Source: Pseudomonadota bacterium
Lineage (GTDB): Bacteria; Cyanobacteriota; Vampirovibrionia; Obscuribacterales; Obscuribacteraceae
Direction: 5' to 3'
DNA length: 64,000 nt
NCBI GenBank assembly: GCA_021325555.1
Contig: JAJPGY010000041.1
Location: 3,317-67,316, forward strand
The position numbers were made by a program, and so were the translations under genes. Shown in pieces: positions 48,300 to 57,214 of the stretch (position 1 is the first letter of the stretch; the number at the start of each line of letters is the position of its first letter). Under the pieces are notes generated by a model, which saw nothing but the letters and a program-made list of their open reading frames with translations, did not search any database and had not been told where the DNA came from.

Positions 48300-49145
48300 A
48301 TGTCCAATCCCAAGCCTGCTATGGTGCGCCGCTCCGGTGAAGAGACAGCCGAGCGCTACCGGATGCTGATCGAGCAATCCGACGATCTGGCCATCTACCT
48401 GCTGAGCCCGAGCGGGCACATCGAGACCTGGAACAAAGCTGCCGAGAAGCTCAAGCAATACAAGGCCCAGGAGGTTATCGGCAAGCACCTCTCCATCTTT
48501 TATACGAAGGAAGACCAGGAGCGAAAGCTGGTCGAAAAAGAGCTCGAAGAGGCGGCGCAAACCGGAAAGTTCGAGGGCAGCGGCTGGCGGGTGCGCAAAG
48601 ACGGCAGCAGATACTGGGCGGACGTGATCATCTCGGCCCTGCGGGACGACGACGGGAAGCTTATCGGCTTCGCCAAGGTGAGCCGGGACGCCTCCGAGAG
48701 GAAGAGGCAGGAGGAGATCATAGAGCAGCAGAAACAGGACTTGATCGAGCTTTCCACGCCTGTCATGCAGCTCTGGGAAGGCATCCTCGTTCTGCCAATC
48801 ATAGGCACCCTGGACAGCCAGCGCAGCCAGGTCGTAATGGAACGGCTCCTGGAGGCGATTGTCAGCACCGGCTCCGAGGTGGCGATCCTCGATGTCTCCG
48901 GTGTGCCGACCGTCGACACCATGGTGGCGCAGCACCTGATGAAGACGATGGAGGCGGCGAAGCTGATGGGCGCCGAATGCATAATCAGCGGCATCAGGCC
49001 GGAGATAGCGCAGACGATGGTTCACCTGGGCATCGACCTGAGCACCGTCAAGACCAGGTCGACGCTGGCCAGGGGTCTGGAGGAGGCGCTGCGCACCCGG
49101 CAGCTGGCAATCGTGAAAAGCAGCCGCGGAGAGGGGGCAAAGTGA
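48300..49145 (+). CDS. rsbR: RsbR-like stressosome sensor: N-terminal PAS domain + C-terminal STAS domain
   Basis: Start MSNPKPAMV at ATG 48300 after AAAAGGAGAG. PAS region (IYLLSPSGHIETWNKAAEKLKQYKAQEVIGKHLSIFY...). STAS region with both phospho-acceptor Thr contexts conserved (GVPTVDTMVAQH and GIRPEIAQTMVHLGI). Confidence 0.85.
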   Translation: MSNPKPAMVRRSGEETAERYRMLIEQSDDLAIYLLSPSGHIETWNKAAEKLKQYKAQEVIGKHLSIFYTKEDQERKLVEKELEEAAQTGKFEGSGWRVRKDGSRYWADVIISALRDDDGKLIGFAKVSRDASERKRQEEIIEQQKQDLIELSTPVMQLWEGILVLPIIGTLDSQRSQVVMERLLEAIVSTGSEVAILDVSGVPTVDTMVAQHLMKTMEAAKLMGAECIISGIRPEIAQTMVHLGIDLSTVKTRSTLARGLEEALRTRQLAIVKSSRGEGAK

Positions 49146-49564
49146 GTGTAGAGCGCATTCCAATCTTGAAGATGGGCGAGTTCCTGCTGGTCAGCATTCA
49201 GACCGAGCTGGACGATCGACTGGCGGTGAACCTGCAGAAGGAGCTGACCGCCAGGGTGGCGGAGACCGGCGCGCGCGGTGTCCTTTTGGACATATCCGGT
49301 CTGGATATAGTCGACTCCTTCCTCGGCCGCATGATAAGCACCATAGCCGAGATGACCAGGATCATGGATGCCGAGACGGTCGTGGTGGGCATGAAGCCGG
49401 CGATCGCCATTACCCTTGTCGAGATGGGGTTGACCCTTCCCGGCGTGGTCACGGCCCTCAACGTGGAGAAAGGGATGGAGCTGTTGCGTGCGCGAACGAG
49501 AGCGTCAGGAGAAGGCGATGGAATCCACAGTCTCTCAACATACCATACTGCCGGCCACCAGTGA
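49142..49564 (+). CDS. rsbS: RsbS-like STAS-domain stressosome scaffold
   Basis: GTG 49142 overlaps the rsbR stop (GTGA). ERIPILKMGEFLLVSIQTELDD...LLDISGLDIVDSFLGRMI... matches the B. subtilis RsbS layout, including the Ser in DSF. Confidence 0.85.
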   Translation: MSVERIPILKMGEFLLVSIQTELDDRLAVNLQKELTARVAETGARGVLLDISGLDIVDSFLGRMISTIAEMTRIMDAETVVVGMKPAIAITLVEMGLTLPGVVTALNVEKGMELLRARTRASGEGDGIHSLSTYHTAGHQ

Positions 49565-49928
49565 GTCCGACCTGGTGACGGCCCGGCACCTGGCCAGGGG
49601 CTACTCGAAGGAGATCGGTCTCGGGCTGGTGGACGAAACGAAGCTGGTGACCGCGGTAAGCGAGCTTACCCGCAACGCGATCGTGCACGGCGGCGGCGGC
49701 TCGGTATGTTTCGAGCAGGTCGAGCGGGACGGGCGGCAGGGAGTGCGCGTAACCTTCGAGGATCACGGGCCGGGAATCCCGGACGTCACGGTGGCGATGC
49801 TGGACGGGGGATCGTCAACAAAGTCGCTCGGACTCGGGCTTCCCGGCTCCAGGCGGCTCGTCGACGAGTTCGAGCTGCATTCAGAGGTGGGCAAGGGCAC
49901 AAAGGTGATGATCGTCAAGTGGAAGTGA
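49518..49928 (+). CDS. rsbT: RsbT-like serine kinase (GHKL ATPase, anti-sigma-kinase type)
   Basis: MESTVSQHTILPATSESDLVTARHLARGYSKEIGL...VSELTRNAIVHGGGG...FEDHGPGIPD...GLGLPGSRRLVDEF. An alternative GTG start is at 49488. Overlaps the rsbS 3' end. Confidence 0.85.
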   Translation: MESTVSQHTILPATSESDLVTARHLARGYSKEIGLGLVDETKLVTAVSELTRNAIVHGGGGSVCFEQVERDGRQGVRVTFEDHGPGIPDVTVAMLDGGSSTKSLGLGLPGSRRLVDEFELHSEVGKGTKVMIVKWK

Positions 49929-50941
49929 TTGTTGCCGAGACGCACCAGGAGCTTTCCGTGACGGACGAAAGTCATGTCGGGGCCGCCCGCCGCGCGGCTC
50001 GCCATAAGGCGCAGGCGCTGGGGCTGGGCAGCGAGACCACCGCAAGGGCCGAGCTGGTCGCCTCGGAACTGGCCACCAACCTGGTCAAGCATGCCGGGCA
50101 GGGCGGGGCTGTTCTCATGGCCGGGGTTGCAGGCGGCAAAGAGCCGGGGCTGGAGATAATCGCCATCGACGGGGGCCCGGGCATGCGCTCCGCGGAGACA
50201 GCCATGCAGGACGGCTTCTCGACATCCGCCTCGCTGGGCGGCGGGCTGGGGGCGATCAAGCGTCTTTCCGATCAATTTGCCATTCACACCCGCCAGGGAC
50301 GGGGCACAGCCGTGCTTTCCCGTCTCTGGGAAAGACGCCGTCCGGCAAGCCGGCGCCTGTCCTTCGCCGTCGGCGGGGTAATGGTGGCGAGGCCGGGGGA
50401 GACCGTGTGCGGCGACGGGTGGGCGGCAGCGTACGGCGGAGACAGATTGACCGTCCTTGTCGTGGATGGGCTGGGCCACAGCGCCCCGGCCCACCAGGCC
50501 GCTAAGACCGCGCTCGAGCTCTTCCGCGAGCACTGCCTCCTGCCGCCGGCCGAGCTTATACGGGCCGTCCACGAGAGGATCGCCCACACGCCCGGTGCGG
50601 TGATGGCCGTCGCCCGGATCGACCGCGCGCAGGGCACGGTCACTTACTCCGGCGTCGGCAACATAGCCGGTCGCATCGTCTGCCGCCAGACCTCTGTCGG
50701 GTGCGTCTCCACCGGCGGGCTGGCCGGCTACCGGCTCGGCCGCGTGCGCGAGTTCACCTACCCGTGGGCTGATGACGCGGTTCTGCTCATGATGTCGGAC
50801 GGGCTGGTCACGGAGTCGCACTCGACGGACCTGGAGGACCTCAGCTCCTGCCCGCCGAGCCTGGCGGCAGCCGTGCTATACAGGGACTTCCGGCGCCCGC
50901 GCGATGACGTCACCGTTGTCCTGGTGCGCAACGCGGAATGA
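49925..50941 (+). CDS. Fused RsbT/RsbW-like ATP-binding domain + SpoIIE/PP2C phosphatase (RsbX-position gene)
   Basis: GTG 49925 overlaps the rsbT stop (GTGA). N-terminal half ELVASELATNLVKHAGQGG...IDGGPGM...GGGLGAIKRL. C-terminal half GETVCGDGWA...LVVDGLGHS...MMSDGL...DDVTVVLVR (PP2C/SpoIIE). Confidence 0.8.
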   Translation: MIVAETHQELSVTDESHVGAARRAARHKAQALGLGSETTARAELVASELATNLVKHAGQGGAVLMAGVAGGKEPGLEIIAIDGGPGMRSAETAMQDGFSTSASLGGGLGAIKRLSDQFAIHTRQGRGTAVLSRLWERRRPASRRLSFAVGGVMVARPGETVCGDGWAAAYGGDRLTVLVVDGLGHSAPAHQAAKTALELFREHCLLPPAELIRAVHERIAHTPGAVMAVARIDRAQGTVTYSGVGNIAGRIVCRQTSVGCVSTGGLAGYRLGRVREFTYPWADDAVLLMMSDGLVTESHSTDLEDLSSCPPSLAAAVLYRDFRRPRDDVTVVLVRNAE

Positions 50942-50956
50942 ATCAGGAGACGGATA

Positions 50957-53128
50957 GTGCTTCAGGTTGTCACGGAGCTTCTGCAACAAACGAGCCGGCT
51001 GCTTTCGGCGATGCTGGCGCATCTGGACGCCTGCGAGGCGGAGGCGGACCGCCAGCGCGTGGAGATAGCCAAGCTGACGCAGGAGCTGGAGGACACGAAC
51101 GCGGGAATTATCGCCCTCTATCAGGAGCTCGACGACAAGAGCATCGAGCTGGAGAAGAAGAACGCCGAACTGAAGGAAGCCACCAGGCTCAAAAGCGAGT
51201 TCCTCGCCAACATGAGCCACGAGATCCGGACGCCCATGAACGCGATTATCGGGGTGAGCGGAATCCTGTCGCGATCGGCGCTCAGCGCGGAGCAGATCCG
51301 GCTGGTCGAGCTGCTGCGCGAGGCCGGCAGATCTCTTCTGGCGCTGATTAACGACATCCTGGACTTCTCGAAGATAGAGGCCGGGAAACTGGTGCTCGAG
51401 GAGGTGGACTTCAGCCTCACCGGGATTGTCGAGGGCACGGTCGAGCTGCTGCGCACGAACGCGGACGAGAAGAAGCTGCCGCTGTTCACCTTCGTCGCCC
51501 CGGAGATACCGGCGCTGGTGCGCGGCGACCCCAGCCGGCTGCGCCAGATCATCATGAACCTGACCAACAACGCGATCAAATTTACGCGCAAAGGGCGGAT
51601 CGCGGTGCGCGCCGAACTCACTGATGCCGGCCCCGAGCGTGTGACCGTGCGGTTTTCGGTTTCGGACACCGGCATCGGCATCCCGGATGGCGAGCGCAAG
51701 TATCTGTTCAAGCCGTTCACCCAGATTGATGGGTCCACCAGCCGCAAATACGGGGGCACCGGTCTGGGCTTGAGCATCTGCAAACACCTGGTAGAGTTGA
51801 TGGGCGGGGAGATCGGTGTGGAGAGCGAAGTTGGAAAGGGATCCACTTTCTGGTTCACCATGCCTTTCAAGCGCGTGTCAGCCGAGCCGCCGGCGCCGCT
51901 GATCAAGGAGTACCTGAGATCGAAGCGCATCCTGATCGTAGACGATGATCCCGGCGCGCGCGACATGCTGGGCCTCTATCTGAGCTCATGGCAGATCCCG
52001 AACGAGGCCGCCGCCTCCGGGGAGCAGGCGCTGGAGATGATCAAGCAGCAGGCGGACACGGGCGCGGCGTACGACATCGCCCTGATCGACAGTGTCATGC
52101 CCGGCCTGAGCGGTGTCGAGCTGGCCGCCGAGCTGAAGAAGGATCCGCGGCTGGCCGGCATGCGCATCATTCTGATCACCGCCTATGACTATGAGCTTGA
52201 AGCCGAGGATGCGATCTCAAAGGGCTTCGACGGCTATCTGATCAAGCCGATCCGCCAGTCATCGCTGTATGATTGCCTGACCGGCGTAATCGAGAGAATG
52301 GCCCGGGGGGCGGAGGTTGCCCCGGCCACCCCGGCGGCCCGCGGCCGGCCGGCAGTCGCTCCGCTGCAGCTCGATGTCCGCGGCGACGGTCTTATCCTTC
52401 TGGCGGAGGACAACGCGATTAATCAGATGGTGACCCTGGCGGAGCTGCAGGAACTGGGTCTGACGGCGCACGTGGTGGGCGATGGGAACGAGGCGCTGAA
52501 GGCATTGTCGAGGCACAATTACGCGCTCGTTCTTATGGACTGCCAGATGCCCGAGCTCGACGGCTTCGCGGCAACCCGCGAGGTCCGCCGCCGGGAGACA
52601 GGCACGGGGCGCCACGTGCCGATCATAGCCATGACTGCCAGTACAATGCAGGGGGACAGGGAGCGTTGTCTGGCAGCAGGGATGGACGACTACATAGGCA
52701 AGCCGGTGGAGCTGAACGAGTTGCGGGAAGCGCTGCAAAGATGGTTGCCCGCCAGGCCGCTCGCGGAGGGCAAGGGCGAGGCGGGCGACAAGGAAAAGAC
52801 AATCGACCTCGCCTATCTGGAGTCGCGCTTCACAAGCGAGCAGGTGCTCGCCATCCTGAGGACGTATATCACCAGCGCCGAGGCGGACATCCAGGCGCTG
52901 AAGACGGCTGTTCAGTCGCAAGATCCCGATGCCGTCGCCTTCCATGCGCACAGCCTCAAGGGATCGAGCGCCACGCTCACGGCCGACAAGATAGCCGATC
53001 TCAGCAGGAGCCTGGAGGAGGCGGCCAGCAGCCTGGACTGGCGGTCCGCCGCCTCCATTCTCGAGCAGATCGAGCAAAGCTTTGCCCTGCTCGAGAGCTA
53101 CATCCGGGACAAGCTGCCGGAGCTCTGA
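50957..53128 (+). CDS. Hybrid histidine kinase: coiled coil, HisKA, HATPase, two REC domains, HPt; no obvious sensor domain
   Basis: 723 aa with a GTG start. H-box SHEIRTPMNAI, N-box MNLTNNAIKFT, G boxes DTGIGI and GGTGLGLSI. REC1 IALIDSVMPGLSG, REC2 LVLMDCQMPELDG. HPt AFHAHSLKGSSATL. Confidence 0.9.
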   Translation: MLQVVTELLQQTSRLLSAMLAHLDACEAEADRQRVEIAKLTQELEDTNAGIIALYQELDDKSIELEKKNAELKEATRLKSEFLANMSHEIRTPMNAIIGVSGILSRSALSAEQIRLVELLREAGRSLLALINDILDFSKIEAGKLVLEEVDFSLTGIVEGTVELLRTNADEKKLPLFTFVAPEIPALVRGDPSRLRQIIMNLTNNAIKFTRKGRIAVRAELTDAGPERVTVRFSVSDTGIGIPDGERKYLFKPFTQIDGSTSRKYGGTGLGLSICKHLVELMGGEIGVESEVGKGSTFWFTMPFKRVSAEPPAPLIKEYLRSKRILIVDDDPGARDMLGLYLSSWQIPNEAAASGEQALEMIKQQADTGAAYDIALIDSVMPGLSGVELAAELKKDPRLAGMRIILITAYDYELEAEDAISKGFDGYLIKPIRQSSLYDCLTGVIERMARGAEVAPATPAARGRPAVAPLQLDVRGDGLILLAEDNAINQMVTLAELQELGLTAHVVGDGNEALKALSRHNYALVLMDCQMPELDGFAATREVRRRETGTGRHVPIIAMTASTMQGDRERCLAAGMDDYIGKPVELNELREALQRWLPARPLAEGKGEAGDKEKTIDLAYLESRFTSEQVLAILRTYITSAEADIQALKTAVQSQDPDAVAFHAHSLKGSSATLTADKIADLSRSLEEAASSLDWRSAASILEQIEQSFALLESYIRDKLPEL

Positions 53129-53188
53129 ACGGCCTTCCGCTCATGCCGTGACCGCGCTCGACCGACCGCAGCCGGTGGGCCCGGGACT

Positions 53189-53593
53189 TTATTCGGCCTC
53201 CACGGTGATCTTCCTGGGCATGGCGCTCCTGCTCTTCGGAAGCACCAGCCGCAGAACGCCGTTCCTGACCGACGCCTGAATTCCCTCCCGATCGATCTCA
53301 TTCGACAGGGCGAACTCCCGATGATAGTCGCCGATGCCGTACTCGGAATAGGTCAGGCTGTAGCCTTCAAACTCCGGCGGGTCGACCCGTCCGTGAATGG
53401 TCAGGATGTTCCGCTCCAGGGTTATATCGACGGAGTCCTGACCGACGCCGGGCATGTCGGCCAGAAGCAGCAGGTGGTCCTGGGATTCATATATGTCCGT
53501 TCTGGGAACGAACACCTTCCCGGGTCTGGTCTGCTCGGCGCCGTTGTGCGTCAGGACTTCCTGCTTGTTCATCTCTTTCAGTTCAGTAGGCAT
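53189..53593 (-). CDS. Hsp20/alpha-crystallin small heat-shock protein (copy 2)
   Basis: Start MPTELKEMNKQ at ATG 53593 after AAGGAGGT. Alpha-crystallin core ...LLLLADMPGV...LTIHG... and GVLRLVLPK. Confidence 0.9.
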   Translation of the reverse strand: MPTELKEMNKQEVLTHNGAEQTRPGKVFVPRTDIYESQDHLLLLADMPGVGQDSVDITLERNILTIHGRVDPPEFEGYSLTYSEYGIGDYHREFALSNEIDREGIQASVRNGVLRLVLPKSRSAMPRKITVEAE

Positions 53594-53622
53594 AATAGAC
53601 CTCCTTCGCCAACGAACAAACA

Positions 53623-54063
53623 CTATTCGGCTTTGACGCCGATCTTTCTCGGCTTGTCCGCTTCAGCACGCGGCAATGTGATCTGGAGAACGCCGTTGCT
53701 GAACCGTGCCTGAACATTGTCGGCATCGACACCGAACGGCAGCTGAAGCGAGCGGGTGAACTCACCGTACCCGCGCTCCTGGCGGTGGCACCGCTGACCG
53801 TTCTTCAGCTCCTCCGCCTTGCGGGAGCCCTTTATGGTCAAGGTGTTGTTGACCAGGGAGATCTCCACATCGCTTGGCTCGATGCCGGGAATCTCGCTGC
53901 GAACGACCGCTCCGTTCTCGGACGCCCATACATTGACAGGCGGGAACTCCTCGGCCGCGGGCCAGCCACCCGCCGACAACAAGCGATTCAGCTGTTGCTG
54001 GAGCCGCTGCATATCCCGCAGGGAGCTGAGCACATCGTTCTCTACAAATTTCTGTAGCAACAT
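53623..54063 (-). CDS. Hsp20/alpha-crystallin small heat-shock protein (copy 1)
   Basis: 146 aa. PPVNVWASENGAVVRSEIPGIEPSDVEISLVNNTLTIKG...GEFTRSLQLP...NGVLQITLPR. GGAGGC lies 8 nt upstream of the ATG. Confidence 0.9.
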   Translation of the reverse strand: MLLQKFVENDVLSSLRDMQRLQQQLNRLLSAGGWPAAEEFPPVNVWASENGAVVRSEIPGIEPSDVEISLVNNTLTIKGSRKAEELKNGQRCHRQERGYGEFTRSLQLPFGVDADNVQARFSNGVLQITLPRAEADKPRKIGVKAE

Positions 54064-54091
54064 ACCCTACGCCTCCTTCAACTTAGATCCC

Positions 54092-54119
54092 GGGAATGCG
54101 GTGTCGGAATCGCATTCCC
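54092..54119 (-). promoter_or_regulatory. Perfect 9-bp inverted repeat (GGGAATGCG-N10-CGCATTCCC) in the hsp20 leader
   Basis: Read directly: arms at 54092-54100 and 54111-54119, 29-57 nt upstream of the hsp20 ATG at 54063. It could be a repressor operator or a 5' UTR hairpin. Confidence 0.4.
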
Positions 54120-54440
54120 TTACACCTATCAATCTATCGATGAGGAGCTGATGGAAAGCGAAAAGCACAAGTTTTCTTAAACTTATTCACGGGTCGAAAA
54201 AGCCTTTGTTACTGGACCCTTACCGTGGACAGCCTCACCCTTTCGGCCCCGGCAGCCGGTCTGCTTGTCCTGTCGATAACCTGTCTTCTCATCGGAGCCT
54301 GGAAGCTGACTCGCCTGGGCTGGAGGGCGCCTGGCGATTGTAGTTGCCGGACCGGTGCACCAAAAGCACCGCTAGCTGATCTCCCCTCCCTCTTTAGAGC
54401 AGCGTTCCGGCTTTCTGCTTCGTCGCCCCTGGTGACAGTG

Positions 54441-54977
54441 CTAGTTCTGGTCCAACAAATTGTTCACCTCGCTGGTGCGCTTTGCCTGCTGGGCTGCTGC
54501 TTGCCTGGCCTTGCTGGTCGCTTGTTCGGCGAAGTTGTTGACAAAGGCGGACGGATTCAACCCCTGGCCCGCCTTGACAAGGGCATCTCGCGCTTGCTGC
54601 ATCTGTGGCGTGGGCACGAGCACGACGCTGTAGATGCCAACCGCGACCAGCAAGAGGACACCCAAGGTGACAAACATCTGTCTGCTCCTTTCCTTTTGCT
54701 TGCGGTAAGCCGCCGTCAAGACGGCATCGCTTATATCTTGCATTTTGGAAGAGACGTTGGCCATCGCATCTTGATTGTGCTTGACGCGAATGGCTCGCGC
54801 TCGAGCCTCCATGTTGGTGGCATCAAGCAGTCTGACATTATTGCTTCGCAGCAGCCTGACTATCCTGTCCAGGCAGTAGGACACCTGGACGTGATCCTTT
54901 CCATAAGTTTCTTCCGCCTTTAAAAGAGCAACCTCGGCTTCCGCCAGCTCGCGTTGAAAATTAATAACTTCAGACAT
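54441..54977 (-). CDS. Hypothetical single-pass membrane protein with an N-terminal helical (TPR-like) region
   Basis: Start MSEVINFQRELAEAEVALLKAEETYGKDH... at ATG 54977. One hydrophobic helix, FVTLGVLLLVAVGIYSVVLV. Confidence 0.45.
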   Translation of the reverse strand: MSEVINFQRELAEAEVALLKAEETYGKDHVQVSYCLDRIVRLLRSNNVRLLDATNMEARARAIRVKHNQDAMANVSSKMQDISDAVLTAAYRKQKERSRQMFVTLGVLLLVAVGIYSVVLVPTPQMQQARDALVKAGQGLNPSAFVNNFAEQATSKARQAAAQQAKRTSEVNNLLDQN

Positions 54978-55254
54978 AAGCCCCCCAGTGGTAGCCAGGG
55001 CTACCATTCCCCCTCGATAGCCACGGCGGTCATCTCCCCTTTCCCGGACGTGACTACTATGCAATTGCCCGGCGGACTCCGTTCTTAATCACGATGTGCC
55101 AGTCGCACTACAGGAAATGACCAAACGGTTTCAGACCCCGCCCCAGGCCCCGAGCAGACATCCGGTGCCAATCGTGTAAGCGGCTCGCGGTGCGCTGCAC
55201 TTTTCCCAAGGGTGTCCGGGGTTACCGCTGAGCGGGTATCAAGGGCATGGCAGG

Positions 55255-55809
55255 CTACTGAGTGTTCTCCAGCGAGTCCGCGCACGTGCATGTCTGGGCT
55301 TCGCCGGCCTGCTTATCGAGCTTGATCGAGCGGTGCAATCTCTTGATCGGCCGGATATGCCTGCCTTCTATCGCTGAGGTCCGTCCGGCCAGCGCGGCCA
55401 GATCGTTGCCGCTCAGCTCCTGCTGGAGATACGGCAGCACCATCCGCTCATCCCAGCGTACGTGCTGCTCGATGAGATCGGCAAGCGCATTGAACCGACC
55501 CGGCGTCGGCTTCGTCGTGCTCGGACCGGCCAAGCGTTTTACCGCCCGCGCGATCTTTGCGTGATCACTCACAATCTCGTTGTAAACAAACCGGCTGAAC
55601 TTTACCGATGAAAACGCATCGGTTTCGTCGGCGAGATATTCTGCTACCAGTCCCGCAAATCTGTCGCGGATCTCACCGGCAAGGCGGAGCCGGTCTTGCT
55701 CCGTGCCGGCGGCGGCTTTGCGCAATCTCTGGGTCAGCACCAGGAGCACCCCGTGGTCCCGTGATAGCGGCCGCATCGCCGGTTCACGTTCAAATACGTT
55801 ATCTGACAT
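55255..55809 (-). CDS. Hemerythrin-HHE-like protein (tentative)
   Basis: Start MSDNVFEREP at ATG 55809, preceded by GGAGGAGGAGGGAG. LSRDHGVLL... and LIEQHVRWDERMVLPYL resemble H...E / H...EE..L.P hemerythrin-like metal ligand blocks. Confidence 0.4.
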   Translation of the reverse strand: MSDNVFEREPAMRPLSRDHGVLLVLTQRLRKAAAGTEQDRLRLAGEIRDRFAGLVAEYLADETDAFSSVKFSRFVYNEIVSDHAKIARAVKRLAGPSTTKPTPGRFNALADLIEQHVRWDERMVLPYLQQELSGNDLAALAGRTSAIEGRHIRPIKRLHRSIKLDKQAGEAQTCTCADSLENTQ

Positions 55810-56113
55810 CACTCCCTCCTCCTCCAATTGGATAACTGGATACATATATCCACTATTCTGCCCCGGCTCGGCAGGCATGACATCAGCCCTCGGGATGGGT
55901 GCCTGAAAAGACATGGCCGCGGAGCTCTCCAGGTGCGGCGCAGAGCGCGATCATCCTTACGGATGATCGCGGCATCCTTTAATTATGGCCGGCGTTAGCT
56001 GCTTACTTTCTGATCCTGACCGTCAGGCCGATCAATTAAATCTGCGAGGATCATTGAACTTTTTTGCGACCAGCGGCGTTATATACATCAAAGGGGCAAC
56101 GGAGCAAGCCAGC

Positions 56114-57199
56114 ATGAACAAAACGACCACTTCTCCGGTCTCAGTCGCGTTAGTCGCAGCACTGGGAAGTTTGCTGTTGCTCTCACTGGCGGTGATTGCC
56201 GCTATCCCGGCTGGTAGCGGAGTACAGATTTATTACGAGGACTGGGTGGATCGGGACCGGAGCCGCACTGTTCCGGTAAAGATCTACATTCCCGCGGAGG
56301 TATCAGCGCCTCTTCCCGTCATTCTGTTTTCGCACGGACTGGGCGGTTCCCGCGAAGCGGCTTCATACCTGTGTGAGCACTGGGCGGACCATCAATATAT
56401 ATGTATAGCCATGCAGCACCCCGGCAGCGACGAGTCGTTCTGGAAGCCCAAAGCCGCGCAAAACCCGGGAATCACGAGAGCGGAGTTGCTCGACGAGTTC
56501 AGGCAGACAGTCGCGGATCCGCGGCACGCGCTCAACCGGGTCAACGACGTGCACTTTGTCCTTAACGAGCTCGAGCGGCGCAACAAGGCGCCTGGCGTCC
56601 TCCAGGGGAAACTGGACTTAAACGCGATCGCCATCGCCGGGCACTCGTACGGGGCATGGACAGCTCTGGCGGCCAGCGGGCAGCGAGCCGGAAGATTCGC
56701 CGCGCTCCAGTCAGGCGATCCGCGCATAAAAGCGGCCGTGTACCTGAGCCCCCCGGCCGCGCGATTCGGCGATCCCAAGCTCATTTACGGCAGCATCGCG
56801 ATTCCCGGCTTCCACTTCACCGGCACGCGAGACGACTCGCCGATCGGCGATACAAAGGCCGGGGACCGCCGGATGGCATACGACAACATATCCGGGAGCG
56901 ACCAGTACCTTGTGATCCTGAAAGGCGCCGATCACATGGTGTTTAACGGCCGTCCGAGAGCCATTGAGAGTCCGCTCGACGCAAAACAACACAAGCTCAC
57001 CCAGGTGGCGACGACACGTTTCTTCGACGCGTACCTGAAGCACGACGAGAAGTCCCTCTCCTGGCTGACCGGTTCCGGCGCGCAGAAGCTGTTCGCCGGG
57101 GAAGGGACATTTGAATCGAAGCATCCTGCATCAGCTTCCGATCTGTTCTTCCGATCAAACTTCACTAAAACCTCAGGGCGGGCTGCCGGCTGGAGGTAA
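56114..57199 (+). CDS. Secreted alpha/beta hydrolase (PAF-acetylhydrolase / dienelactone-hydrolase-like)
   Basis: Start MNKTTTSPVSVALVAALGSLLLLSLAVIAA at ATG 56114. VILFSHGLGGS, nucleophile elbow IAGHSYGAW, and ...GADHMVF. Confidence 0.65.
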   Translation: MNKTTTSPVSVALVAALGSLLLLSLAVIAAIPAGSGVQIYYEDWVDRDRSRTVPVKIYIPAEVSAPLPVILFSHGLGGSREAASYLCEHWADHQYICIAMQHPGSDESFWKPKAAQNPGITRAELLDEFRQTVADPRHALNRVNDVHFVLNELERRNKAPGVLQGKLDLNAIAIAGHSYGAWTALAASGQRAGRFAALQSGDPRIKAAVYLSPPAARFGDPKLIYGSIAIPGFHFTGTRDDSPIGDTKAGDRRMAYDNISGSDQYLVILKGADHMVFNGRPRAIESPLDAKQHKLTQVATTRFFDAYLKHDEKSLSWLTGSGAQKLFAGEGTFESKHPASASDLFFRSNFTKTSGRAAGWR

Positions 57200-57214
57200 C
57201 ATTGTGATGCCAGA

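Noticed and set aside
54225-54923. 232-aa plus-strand ORF between hsp20 and the hemerythrin-like gene.
   Set aside because: It overlaps and is antisense to the better-supported minus-strand gene 54441-54977, which has a clean start and a sensible helical + TM architecture. Its translation is low-complexity.
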